Of a DNA stretch of 64,000 nucleotides, positions 15,778 through 28,538 are shown in pieces (position 1 is the first letter of the stretch; the number at the start of each line of letters is the position of its first letter). Where the stretch lies: the NCBI RefSeq assembly GCF_009914755.1, contig NC_060931.1. One strand, written 5' to 3'. The notes under the pieces are model-generated. The model did no database searches, was not told the DNA's origin, and worked only from the letters and a program-made list of their open reading frames with translations. The stretch is from the human T2T-CHM13v2.0 reference genome, Homo sapiens. The translations under genes and the position numbers were made by a program.

Positions 15778-16058
15778 AAAAATAAGTCAGCTAATGATGT
15801 CTAAATTTGATTAAATTAGACATACCATATTATGACATATTTATATTACTTAAAATTATAGAGGCAAATAGACTAGAAGAAACAGCCAAAAGGGTGGAGA
15901 GTGGCTGCCTCTGGGTGGCAAGAGGAAAATACAAAAGACTGAGGTTTCTTTTATTATAAGCTTTAAAAGCAATATTTGACTTTCAAAAATAGTTGCACAA
16001 GATACTTAGATGAAAACAAAAATATGTATAAGGTTTAAAATAGCCATGCACTGAGAAT

Positions 16059-16127
16059 GGGGGTGTAGTTCAGGGTAGAGCTTTCCACACTAGCAGCGGA
16101 GTTTTCTGGCCAAAACCTGGAGGAGCT
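16059..16127 (+). pseudogene. tRNA-Cys relic (only the 5' half recognisable)
   Basis: GGGGGTGTAGTTCAGGGTAGAGCTTT matches the tRNA-Cys 5' end; the 3' half is decayed. Confidence 0.65.
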
Positions 16128-16601
16128 GTGTGGTCCTCATGCTATGTTGTCTCCATGATGCTTCCCAGGACTACTCTCTGATCCATGTCAGGGCCTGGGA
16201 ACTTCCCTGTTTCATGAACTGGATTTAATGGACAGATTCCAGATTGAGAGATCTTCAGATGTCGGTATTGCATGTCTCAATTTGTGTCTCCAAACTGCTA
16301 TTTTGTAGTGTAACAAGAAGAAATCAGACATGTAGACCTAAAGGCTGTTCCAGCAGTAAACGGAAACACTCCTCCCAGCTGCTCCTGTCACCACAAACTG
16401 AGGGAGGGCAAGGAGATGTGCCGGCATGTGAGCAGGGTCCAGGGTTTGGGAATTGGGGATGGACTTTTCTGGGGTGAGTTTATGGTAAAATCAGTTGCTG
16501 GTCTTACTCTCTAAAAGTAAGCAGGAACTTTCAATGTGCTATAGGACTGCTGGGTGCGATTACCAACATGAAAGGTGCTTATTAGACACTTATGACAAGC
16601 A

Positions 16602-16673
16602 GGGCGTATAGCTCAGGGGTAGAGCATTTGACTGCAGATCAAGAGGTCCCCAGTTCAAATCTGGGTGCCCACT
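16602..16673 (+). tRNA. tRNA-Cys(GCA) variant with acceptor-stem mismatches
   Basis: GGGCGTATAGCTCAGGGG...CCCCAGTTCAAATCTGGGTGCCCACT; C4:C69 and G2:A71 mismatches; T5 at 16678-16682. Confidence 0.9.
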
Positions 16674-17933
16674 GCACTTTTTCTATTCATACAAGCTGTT
16701 ATGTTCTTCACAGAAGCTGTTGGTCATATTCCAGTTTCTTTTCATCCATTCCGCCTATGATTTTCCCTGGAACTGGAAGCTACAGCTCAGGCCTACCCAG
16801 CTGCAACCTGCCTCCATGCATAACTTCTTTTCATCTCTTCCAGCACCAGTTCCACGGGTATCCCTCATATTATTGGTATTCATGGTATCTAGCTCCCTGC
16901 TCCCCCTATAGATGTAATTTCTCAAGCTGTGATGCAGTATGCTTCTGGGTTTTTCCAGGGCAGACCAGAGAGTAGTACTGCAGCAGGCTCCCCCAGAAAC
17001 AGATGGGGAATGGTACCCCAAGCTATCACTCTCCTGGCTCCTTCCCACAGCAGCAGTTTGGTGCACTGGAGTGGTGGCCAGACCTGGGGAGACACATCAC
17101 AGCACACAGCATTCCCATGGAGGGCAGATGTTTCCCCTGGAGAATTGCTCCCACGCAGGGCTCACTCACACCCTTGCTTCAACCTTGTAGGCCAAAAGCC
17201 TGGCTCAGCTACTCTAACAAGGGAGACAGAGGCTCTGCAGTGCTGCCCCTACGACCAAACTCCTGTAGCTCTGCGGCTGCACGTGAATTACAGCCCACTC
17301 TGTGACTGTGGCCCAAGGCTTGGAGGTGGGGGATTAGACTCAAGAGTCTGTTCGTATGAGATGATTGGGAATTCCAACTTTGTTCTGTGGGCCACAGGGA
17401 GTCCTGTGTGCTGCAATGAAGAACCAGGTCAGGTCCTTTGTCTAAGGAGGTCATTTAGGAGACATTACAGATACTGGTTTGGAGTTTGCCGAAAGACAAG
17501 AACAGGAACTGGTGTTATTTTTTGAACACCTACTATGCCCTACTATGTGCTAATATCATGCTAGGCAGTTTATCATCAGTCATCATATTTGTCCACTCTG
17601 TCTTTACTGCAGGAAAAAGGAATTTGGGCTGGGAGGTCAGATTGGAATCTGTGGACTGTTTTGGAGACCAGTGGCCGGCTCTTGGGTTAACCCCAAAAAA
17701 CAATGGGAAATGGCTGGGGGTTCCACAGGCAGCCTCCATCCTTTTCTCCTGTTCACGGCTCCACCCAGAGACAGGACTGGTGAGCTGCAGAGCTGAGGGA
17801 AGGTGTCTAGCTGTGAATCAGGTCTGGCAGCTTCCAGAAAGTCAGTCCTAGAGGGAAGCCATTATTTAATTTTACAAAGCTGAGTGCTCCCACACTGATG
17901 AAAGGTATTAACTAGGTAACCTCAGTGTGCCAT

Positions 17934-18006
17934 GGGGGTATAGCTCAGGGCTAGAGCTTTTTGACTGTAGAGCAAGAGGTCCCTGGTTCAAATCCAGGTT
18001 CTCCCT
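17934..18006 (+). tRNA. Cys-derived tRNA-like gene with GTA (Tyr) anticodon, probably non-canonical or pseudo
   Basis: Cys body (G1:C72, U73), loop CT-GTA-GA, no intron, intact B box, internal TTTTT. Confidence 0.85.
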
Positions 18007-18810
18007 TCTGTTAAGTTTAATTTTGGTAGCGAACTTTATCCACATACAGCTTAGATTGGCATGGGCCACACTGATGTTCCTTCTATCTGTATAGGGTTTA
18101 CCTCAATCCATTATAATCATCCAGATGCCCTGAAGGCTGCCTCGTCTTGGAATCCCCCACCTCATTAGTACAGTGCACTCAAAGCAGGTCTCAGGAATTG
18201 CTCAGTAGATAGCACTTCCAACCTCCCTAGCCACTCCCTCCATGCTCCTCCCCTCCAGACCCTCTCTCTACCTTCCATCCCATACTCCTGGTCAAGGAGA
18301 AATGGTGCTTGTTTTGGTCCAGAGCCAGCCACAGAGTGCAGAGCTGCATTTCTGAATTCTTAGAATTGGCAAGCTAAGGTTTGAGGGGTAGGGACTTCAG
18401 TCTCATGAGGCTGTGCTAACAAGGACAAGTACAACCTGGAGGGGAATACTTGAGGAGGCTGAGGCTGTCAGGAGAGTCACAGTTGAGTCACAGTCACTTA
18501 CTCATTGAATGTCACCTATTGAAGAGGTGCCAAGCAGTTTGCCCCGCTCTGGAATTACGAAGATCACGTGTTCCTTGCATACATCTGGCAGCAGTGGGAA
18601 AACCTCAGAGTTCCTGTGGGATGTCTGATTTCTATTCCAAGAGGCAGGCTCTCCTGGATGCTTGCTGGGGCGTGTGAGGTGAGTGACAACTCGCATAAGT
18701 TACTCAATCTCTGCTGGGCCTCAGTTTCTGCATCTGTCAAATGGAAGACAATAATCGTACCACCTCAGAGGTTTTCTTGGTGAGGGTTTAGAGCACACAG
18801 AACAATGCCT

Positions 18811-19140
18811 GGCTGTGTCTGGTGGCTCATGCCTATAATCCCAGCACTTTGGAAGGCCGAGGCAGGCGGATCACCTGAGGCCAGGAGTTTGAGAGCAGCC
18901 TGGCCAACATGGCGAAACCCCGTCTCTAATAAAAATACAAAAGTTAGCCAGGCATGGTGGCGGGTGCCTGTAATAACAGCTACTCAGGAGGCTGAGGCAT
19001 GAGAATCACTCAAACCCAGGAGGCGGAGGTTGCAGTGAGCCAAGACTGTGCCACTGCCCTCCAGCCTGGTTGACAGAGGGAGACTCTGTCTCAAAAACAA
19101 AACAAACAAACAAACAAACAAAAAAACCACTAAAAAAACA
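18811..19140 (+). mobile_element. AluS
   Basis: Dimer with (CAAA)n tail. Confidence 0.9.
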
Positions 19141-19319
19141 GTAAGGAGTCGGCATGGAGATTTGAAACAGAGAGATTTTTTAGTCTGTAGTGTCATGCAC
19201 TAGATCCAAGCCATTGACATGTCACTCAACAGGTGAATGATTGTATTTTTCTGACTAGTCCCTTCCCTCCCTTCCCCTCCTCTCCCTTGTCTTCCCTTTC
19301 CTTTTTCCTTACATCTCCT

Positions 19320-19797
19320 TTTCTTCTTTCAAGAGTCTCACACTCAGCTCAGGTCCAGCTCAGACTGGAGTACAGTGCCATGATCACAGCTCACTGCAGC
19401 CTCCAACTCCTGGGCTCCAGCAATCCTGCCACCTCAGCCTCCTGAATAGCTAGGACTACAGGCACGAGCAACCATGCCCAGCGAATTGTTTTTAATTTTT
19501 AATTTTTTATAGAGACAGAGGTCTCACTCTGTCACCCAAACTACAGTGCAGTGGTATAGGTCACGGCTTACTGTACCCTCAAACTTTTGGGCTCAAGCAA
19601 TCCTCCTGCCTCAATCTCCCTAGTAGGTAGGACTACAAGCCCGTGCCACATGTTCAGCTCATTTTTTTATTTTTTAATTAATAGAGATGGGGTCCTGCTG
19701 TTTCCCAGGCTAGTCTAGACCTAGCCATCTCAAGCAATCCTCCCGTCTCAGCTTCCCAACAGCTGGGATTACAGGCATGAGAAACCACGCCCAGCCA
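19320..19797 (-). mobile_element. AluJ/FLAM cluster
   Basis: Divergent antisense Alu arms. Confidence 0.8.
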
Positions 19798-20536
19798 TAA
19801 CTAGTATTTCTTCAGTGTTGAAACCACAGCTATGACATTGCCATCTTACATCAGCAGGGTTGACCCACCCCATTGAAAATGTGTCTCTCTTCCTGCTGCC
19901 TACTCCCCTTCCACCAAGGCCACGGAACCCTCAGCCAGCAGCCTTGCAGCCTCCTCTCCCTCATCTTTCTCCCTCTGGGTGAGAACAAAACTCCAGAGAG
20001 CTATTGACCTATACAGAGTCAGCAGTCAATCCCCTCAATTAAATTTCTCAAATATTTAGTAATCAGGAGGCCAGTCTTTGTGGGAGGATACAGAGATGAG
20101 TGAAATCTAGCACAAGTCATCCCTGTTCTCTCTTAGAAGCTCTCGATTTAGTGAGAAAAAGTGATGTGCAACAAAAAATGATATTAGCTGTGATAGAAAG
20201 CAGTGTGGACTACAGCCGGGATACCTCCGGGTGTGGACTTAGTGACAGCTCTGCAGACAGTGAGCGTCAGTGGGGTCTTGAAGGTGAGTGTGTGGGAAGG
20301 GCATGCCAGCCAGAAAACGCAGAGGAACAAAGATGCAACGTTGTTGCAGTGCTTTCTGGGTCTAAAAGAAAGACCCAGGTGTGTGTGCCTGGGTGTGTGT
20401 GCACCTGTATGTGTTCATGCTTGCAGGTGTGCCTGCTTGCATATGGAGTAGATTGGAAGTGTTTGTGTGATGAGTGTGCAGAGCAGGGGGTGGGAAGACT
20501 GTGACTGCAGCCTAAGGCTTGGAAGCGGGTGACTAG

Positions 20537-20870
<334 letters not shown>

Positions 20871-22129
20871 GAATTCTGAGTTTGTTCTGTGGGCTACAGG
20901 AGTCCTGTGCCCTAAAATGAAGCAACCAGGTCAGGTCATTTGTTTCAGAAGGTCATTTTGGAGACACTACAGAGAATGATTTGGAGTTTCCCAAAAGACA
21001 AGGACAGGAAATGGTGTTATTTTCGGAACCCCTGTTATGTGCTAATATCACACTAGGCAGTTTATCGTAAGTTATATTTGTCATAAGAAATGTTATCTGT
21101 GTTTAAGAAGAAGAAACTGAAGCTTATAGAGTTAATTACCCTGCCCAGTGACACAGAGTAAGGAAAGGAATGCAGAGGAGAAAAAGGGATTCCAGAGAAA
21201 CTTTCAAGATAAAATATGTAGGACTTGGTGACTGATCAGATGTAAAGGCTGAGGAAAATGTGAGAAAGAAGAGTCGAGAAATAAAAATTTCTTTTTTCCA
21301 GAGAGAAATATAGCAGTAGCTACAAGGGAAAGTGGGCAATCTAACCTAACTCAGGATAGAGACTGAGCATGCTTTGGGTGGGGGAAGCAGAGATTGAGAA
21401 AGAACACAATCAATTCAGTTATAGAGACAAGAGTACAGATGGGGTGATTTGCTTTGGAAGGAAAGAGGAGAATGTTTTCTCTGAGACAGAAGGGAAGGGA
21501 CTGAGAACAGATGAAGAGAGATGTCTCCGTGGTAGGGTGGGAAGCCGAGGAGCTGAGGTGTGGCAGCTTTGATTCTCTCTGTAAAGCAGAGGGAACGCAT
21601 CGCAAGGACAGAGTGTGGGGAGACAGCAGGTCACTGATGAGCCTGCAGTCCGAGCAGAGGGACTTGGACAGTGCGAAGAGGAGGAGTGTCATTTTGTTGG
21701 AGCTGGAATTGGGTGCCGCTCCTCTCTGGAGTCCACCTCTCAATGGGCACTGAGAACACTGATGTCCCCAGATACACTTGTCCCTGCCTAGGTTAACACA
21801 AAGAGAGTGCCAATGATTGTACTCTCCAGCTCTTTATGTTTTCATTCTATGCAGATCCTGGCCCAAGGTGTCTAGGTCACTCTCAGGAGTAGACCAGGTT
21901 ACTGGTTTCCTCGTGTACAGCCCAGTTCTACCTTCTGTCAGTCACACATTAACCATCTTTTGGGTGATCCCCTCAGCAGAGGAATCCATTCGCTCAGGGG
22001 ACTCTTGCAGATTTTTACTAGTTAATTCCAGGCTTGGCTGTGGTAGGAATCTCACCTCTAAACTGTGAGGATCTCTTTCTACAGTGTCCACAAGAAGACC
22101 GTAAAGGAGATAAAAAGAAACTAGAACTT

Positions 22130-24345
22130 GCCGGACCAAGATAGGAAATTTAATCAAAAGTGTTACCAGTATGAACATGGAATATAATCCATTAAATTCC
22201 CTACTTAAAACACAAAAAAATTCACTGGATTAAAAAAAATTGTATCTTGTTCACAAGAGAGGATACAGAAATGTTAAAAATAAAAGAACAGGAAAAGATA
22301 TCTGTATCTATAACAACTACATATAATGTAGCTATAGTAAGTAATAGAGAAAATAGTTTTTGAGGCCTGAATCATTACCAGGGATAAAGAGAGTCATTTT
22401 GCATTGACAGAAAGTTCAATTCACCAAAAAGAGTAATTCTAAATTTGGTATACCTAATAACATAGCCTCAAAATATAATAAGCAAAAATAAACAAAATTG
22501 AAAAAGAGAAATGGATAAACCTCTGCTGGATCTTTCAAGTGAGAGATCTTAAAAACCCTCGTGAATTTGTAAACAAGCACACATAGTATCAAAAGGACAC
22601 AGACGATTTGGACAACATGACTAACAAAACTGACCTGTTTAACATGTAAAGAATCTTGCACTTAAATGCAGAATATGCATTTTTTTCCAAGCACACGTGG
22701 AACACTGACAAACATGAGTTGTATACTGAACCACAAAGCGAGTCTTAACAAATTCCAAAGTATTGAAATCATAAACAGCATGTTTTCTGACAAAAATAAA
22801 ATTAAGCTAGAAATTAATAACATCAAATAACTAACAAATCCAACAAATATTAGAAAATCTTTGTGTTTAGAAACTAAAAATTCTACATATAAATAACCCA
22901 TGGGTCAAAGAATAAATTGTAATAGGAATTATAAAATATTTTGAACTAAATGATGAAAATACTAGATATTAAAATTTATCAGTTGCAGCTCTAGAGTACT
23001 TACATGGCAATTTACAGTCTTAATGCATCTCTAGTATTATAGAAAGAAAAGGTTAAAATGAACAAACTAAGCATCTCTCCCAAAAGGCATGAATAATAGT
23101 AAAATGAATCCAAGGAAAAAATAAGGGAGAAAGTAATACATTAATTAATGAAAGCACAAATTAATTAAGTAGAAAACACACAAGAGAGAGGGTCAATGAA
23201 GCTAAAGTTGTTTTTTGAAACAAACAATAAAAGTAATAACCCAGACAAGATTGACAAAGTAACACTAATAACCAATATCAGGAGAGAAAAGGATGCATTA
23301 TTATAGTTCCCCCAAAATTAAAAAGATTGTAAGATATTATTATGAGCAATTTTATGCCAATGAAATGTAATATTTACATGGCATGGAAAAGTTTCTAGAA
23401 AAGTAAAACTTACATGAAGAGAGAAATTCTTTGTCTGCTTGATGGTCTTGGCTCTCTCTCCCTTCTCATTAATCTACTTTAGTTTAGCAGTACTAAACTG
23501 GTTCAAAGGAAAAAAATACAATTTTTTAGCTGATACAGGTACCATTATGCCAACCTCATAAGCACTTGGTGGCAATGCTCCACATTCTCCTGTCTACCAG
23601 CAAGGCTGATTCTTTTGCCAAGAAGCTTCTACTATTAAGTATTCCCTCCAAACTTCCCTGTAAATATCTGATGTGGCACAGAGAAAGAACGTCTCTTCTG
23701 GAGTACTTGCTACCGTGTGTCTAACTGTGTCCAGCTCAAGAACATGTTTCCTTGAAATAAAGAGAGTTTGGGAAGTTGCAGACATTCTGATGCATTGTTT
23801 GTAACTTTTCCCAAATAAATCTTACTTTATGCTTATACTAGTGGTATTTGTCCTCGACATCTGGCTTAATTTTATCAAAATTGACACAAGAAGAAGTAAA
23901 AATCATGACTAATCATGGAACAATTAAGGAACTTGTATTTTCAATGAAACATTCTGCCATTAAAAAAGTAACAAAAAACTTCCAGGCACAGATAGTTTAA
24001 ACACTTGTTATACCAAACACTTGTTATACCAATCACTTCAGAAAGAAACGATGTAAGTCTTACACAGACACTTCTGGAGAATAGAAAACTAAAAGCAGCA
24101 GTCCCTTTCCCACCTCATTTTATGAGGTTAAACTTATTATAAAAAATAACAAAGACAATGTAAGAAAACAGGCCAATCTCACATATTAATATAGAATAGA
24201 CTTTAAAAACCATAAGCAAAACTATTAATAAATCAAAGCCAGCATTACATAAAAAATAACACATAACCAAATTAAGATCATTTCAGAATGTAAGCTTGAC
24301 TTAACATTAGAAAAATCTATTACTGTAATTCACCACACTATAGGA
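22130..24345 (+). mobile_element. Old L1 ORF2 remnant
   Basis: Endonuclease-region motifs (cacacgtggaacactgacaaac...ccacaaagcgagtcttaacaaatt; gaactaaatgatgaaaatac). Confidence 0.7.
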
Positions 24346-24354
24346 TATAGCAAA

Positions 24355-25264
24355 TGCTGTTGCTGCCCCACTGATATTCCTTCAGAACTTATCAGTTCTG
24401 TGCATGCAGGCCCCAATTTCAACTGTCAGCACCTGTAACTTTATGTCTGAGGGCATTCTCAGGCTGCCCAAACATATAACAGGCTGAAAGTACCAAATAA
24501 TTAGGACCCAACCTTCGAAAGCAACCCTCTACCGATGACTGATAGCAGTAGATGGAGAAATACACAAGTTGCCTTGTTCTTTTGGAGAGGATAACCCTCA
24601 AGCATGTTATACATCTTACAAAGTCCCCAACGGTATTAAGCTCCAGTTGCCTATAATGGTAACTTGTCCAATATCCCACTGTGAAAGTTGTCAGAATGAA
24701 AATGGAGTCACTTGTGTTAAAACCCGGCAAATGGAGCCAGGGAAGGCCACAAAGGTAGAGCTTTTATATATGAATTCCTGATAACAAGAACTATCACAAA
24801 AGACTGTAAAAACCACAACCTTGCACAAAGGCCATTGTAACCTTACACACTCACAAAAAATACTTCTGCAAGGACATCTGCCCAGCAAAAGCCTGACTAG
24901 CCTTGGACTGTTGCCACCCTTGTTACTGATTGCTAGAGCCAAGAATTATTTCTCCAAAACAATTTATATAATCCTTCTCATTTTGCCTTTAAAAACTTTC
25001 CCTTACCATGACCTCCTCAAAAACACACATAGTTTACTGTGACACCTGTATTCCCATTGCCAATGCTCATTCCCTAAATAAATATAATTTCCTTTCAGAG
25101 AGCTTCCGTCTGTTATTTAGGTTAACACCACCTTTTATTGGCTTCTTTCCTTTCTCTGACTTCCCACTCCTTACTGGTGTTTCCTGAACTTACCTCCCAA
25201 ATAAACTACTTGCTCTTAAATTCTAGCTTCAGGGTCTGCTTCTAAGGAAATCCAAGCTAAGACA
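24355..25264 (+). mobile_element. LTR16-like LTR with nested MER65-like LTR (24680-25127)
   Basis: Nested LTR has TG...CA ends and TSD CCAC; the host ends ccaaataaactacttgc...gctaagaca. Confidence 0.7.
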
Positions 25265-25539
25265 ACAGATTAAAGGAAAAAAATCATGTCATTAAAATAG
25301 ATGAAGAAAAACATCCAATCAAATCCAACACATCTTCATGATGTGTCTACCTAAAACATAAAAAGAAATCTTATTTAATGGTGGGATGGTGAAAGCTTTC
25401 AATTGAAAACTGAAAGCAAGACAAAAGTGTTCTTAAAGGAGAAATGGAAACTGAATTGAGGAGCAAAAGGCTATCAAAATTCACCAAATATATTTTTAAA
25501 ATAAATCAACTAAGACATTCCAGAAATGAAAAGTATCAA

Positions 25540-26470
25540 TGTTTTCCTTTTTATTTACTTTTAATTGAAATACAACTCACAGTAAGGTACAGAAATCTTC
25601 AACGTACAGCTCAATTAATTTGTACACATACATACCTATGTACCCACCTCCCAAATCAAGATACAGAAAATTTCTAGCACCTCAGAGGGCCCCCTGGGTC
25701 CCCTTCCCAATTACCCTCTCTCCCGAAAAGGTAACACTATTGTATCACCATGGACTAGTCTTGCCTGTTCTTGATTTTATATACTGGAATCATACATAGT
25801 TACTCCTTTGAAACTGTTTTCTTTCACTCAATCTTATGTCTATAGGATTTATCTGTGTTTTTCCACTGTAGTGGTACTCTGTCCTTTTAAAAACTCTGTT
25901 TGGGATTCCATTGTATGACTAGACCATGACTTATTTACCTATCCTACTGTTCATGGACATTTGTTTCCAGTTTGGGACTATTAAAAGAAATGCTGCCATG
26001 AACATTCTTGCATGTACATATACATTCTCTGATGTCTGTATCAAGGAATATAACTGTTGAGGAAGAGGGTGTTTCTATTTTTACTTTTAGCCAATAATGT
26101 CAGATGGTTTTCTAAAGTGGATACAGCAAATGACACTACCACTAGCAGGGGATGAGAGTTACTATGGTTCCACATACCATCACTGAGTAACATCAGTCTC
26201 TTTCATTTTAACCAACCTAGCAACAATTCTAGCAATAGTTCACTGTGGTTTAACTTGCACCTTTCTAGACTCATGAGGTTTGAGCATCTTTTAATAGGCT
26301 TATTGGTCGCTTGGATGTCCAGTTGTATGAAGTAACTGCTCGAGTCTCTTCGTCATTTTTCTACTGAGTTGTGTATTTTTAATTGTCTTGTGCAATTCTT
26401 TACATATTTTGGGTATAAACCCTTCATCAGTTATGTGCAATAGATACCCTCTCCTGCTGTATGAGGTTTT
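25540..26470 (-). mobile_element. Old L1 (L1ME-like) 3' region
   Basis: Antisense L1 3' motifs (tttccagtttgggactatt...aatgctgccatgaacattcttg). Confidence 0.7.
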
Positions 26471-27642
26471 ATTTTCTTACTTGTGTTTACTGGCTCTCAT
26501 GAATGTCAGCTGATTTCCCTGCGAACTTTTTAACTGTTCAGCAAACAGTATACAGAAGTTACTACGTGCCAGTCCTGTCTTCAGTGCTTTACACAGATTA
26601 ACTCATTCAATCTACACAACAATCCATCAAGTAGACACTCTTATTACCCACATTTCACAGTAACAAAGTTGAAGAAAGGGAAGGGCAGTAATCTGCCCAA
26701 GGTCTTCTAGTGGGGTAGGCCTTGAAGCCAGGCTGTCTGACTTCAGAATCCACACCATTGGTATCCACACTGCACTGTTTCTCCCAGGCTTATTGTACTT
26801 GTCCAAACTCTATCGATAGGCATTCTTTGAAGCATAGTTCCTGATGCAGTCTGGGGAGGATTTTCATTTGGCCAGGAGCCTATAGCACTACACATCCAAC
26901 TGCAACATGAAATAAGTTGCCTGTAGTTTTTCAGACCCAATAAAGACTGTGAATTTAGGGCCCATTAAACCCCAGTCACTCAGCCCGTGGCTAGGGATTC
27001 TCGGGACTGGTTTTCTTTTTCCTGTCTTCTCTTCACTCCTTCTGGAAGAGCTCAGCCCTTCTTGTATCCTGTCTTTGTGCAAGGCAGTCTCCTTCCTGAT
27101 TCCTCACCATGTGTGGGGCCTAAGACTTCTTCCTAGAAATGCCCGTTCATCACTGTACTACTGACACCTGGCCTCCAGAATCCAAACAAGTCCCAGCCTT
27201 CCTGGACTCAGGCTGCTGCCCAGCCCTGCCAGCAGAGCGTTCTGTGCTCCTGCAGGCTCATCAATTCTTTGCATCTTCCCTGGCAGTCCACCCTACTGCC
27301 AAAAAGGAAAAGCAAGAGGATTTTAACATTATCATAGAAATCATGGTGGAAGTCAGTGTTTCCCCAGGCTCTTGGGCCTGCAGCAGAGAGAAGTGGCTGG
27401 CTGTTGACTGCCTTCTGAGAAGGCTGCCAGGACTACAAGGCAAAGTCCTGTGGGTAAAGGAGAAAATTCCAGTAGCAGGGAAAGGCCGTTTACAGAAGAA
27501 GAGTTTGCCAGCTCCTGTGACAAGAGCAGAAGTAGGGCCTTGGCACAGCTGAGGAGGTGAAAAGGTATAACCCAAGTGTTACTCCAAGTATTCTTTCTAG
27601 GTGGGATGGGGCTCTGTCTGTCATCAGAAAAGGTCACATGGG

Positions 27643-27939
27643 ATGCTGGAAGCAGTGGCTCATGCCTGTCACTCCAGCACTTTGGGAGGCCAAGGAAGAA
27701 GGGTCACTTGAGGCCAGGAGTTTCAGACCAGCCTAGGCAACATAGTGAGACTTCATCTCTACAAAAAAATAAAAAAGATTAGCTGGGTATGGGGGCACCC
27801 ACCTGTGGTCCCAGCTACTTAGGAGGTTGAGGTGGGAGTATTGCTTCAGCCCGGGAGTTAGAGGCTGCAGTAAGCTATGATTGTTTCACTGCACTCCAGC
27901 CTGGATGACAGAAAAATACCCTGTCACTTAAGAAAAACA
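27643..27939 (+). mobile_element. AluJ (shared with duplicate at 62689-62935)
   Basis: Divergent Alu at the same position in both duplicates. Confidence 0.85.
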
Positions 27940-28538
27940 ATGCAAGCCAAGTGGAGTTGTTCTGTAGCAACAGTTTTTGGTCATGAAACTATGGTAACAC
28001 TGGCCCTATTAATGCTTTTGGGAAATCTACTCAGCTACACACTTTTCACTATTTCTTGGAGTTGCTCCTTCTCTATCATTCTTCATTTGTATTAACTGAA
28101 GAAGTAAAAGTTGAAAGAATCATCTTTTGTCCTAGACTGCAGTTGTGCTGAATCTGCCCTGAATGGAATACTGGGCTAGGAGAGCCAGACCTAACTCTGT
28201 CATTAAGTGTGTTAGGATAGACACCTCGGTCACACAGTTTCTCTTGTACATGCCCACCATAACAGGTACTGGAGGTTGACTCTCAAGGCCATTCTAGCAG
28301 CCACTGGCAGTGCTTTTCCAGGCTGCTGCCCGCAACCAAGGACTCAAGGCAGCGAAGACACAAGATCCAGGGTATTTGAGAAGGGGACACTGCCTCTTGT
28401 TATGCACAAGGTCAATGAGTTTTCACTGAGGTAGGCCTGGCAGCTCCTAGGAGCTTCCATTGCGAAGTGGCAACGCATAGGTCATCTGGGTGTGACTGTA
28501 CAAGTCAAAGACATTAATTGAACCCCACAACAGCAGGA

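Noticed and set aside
16929-17525. 198-aa ORF in the near-identical tract
   Set aside because: Frameshifted in the paralog (near 58235 and 58672); no domain.
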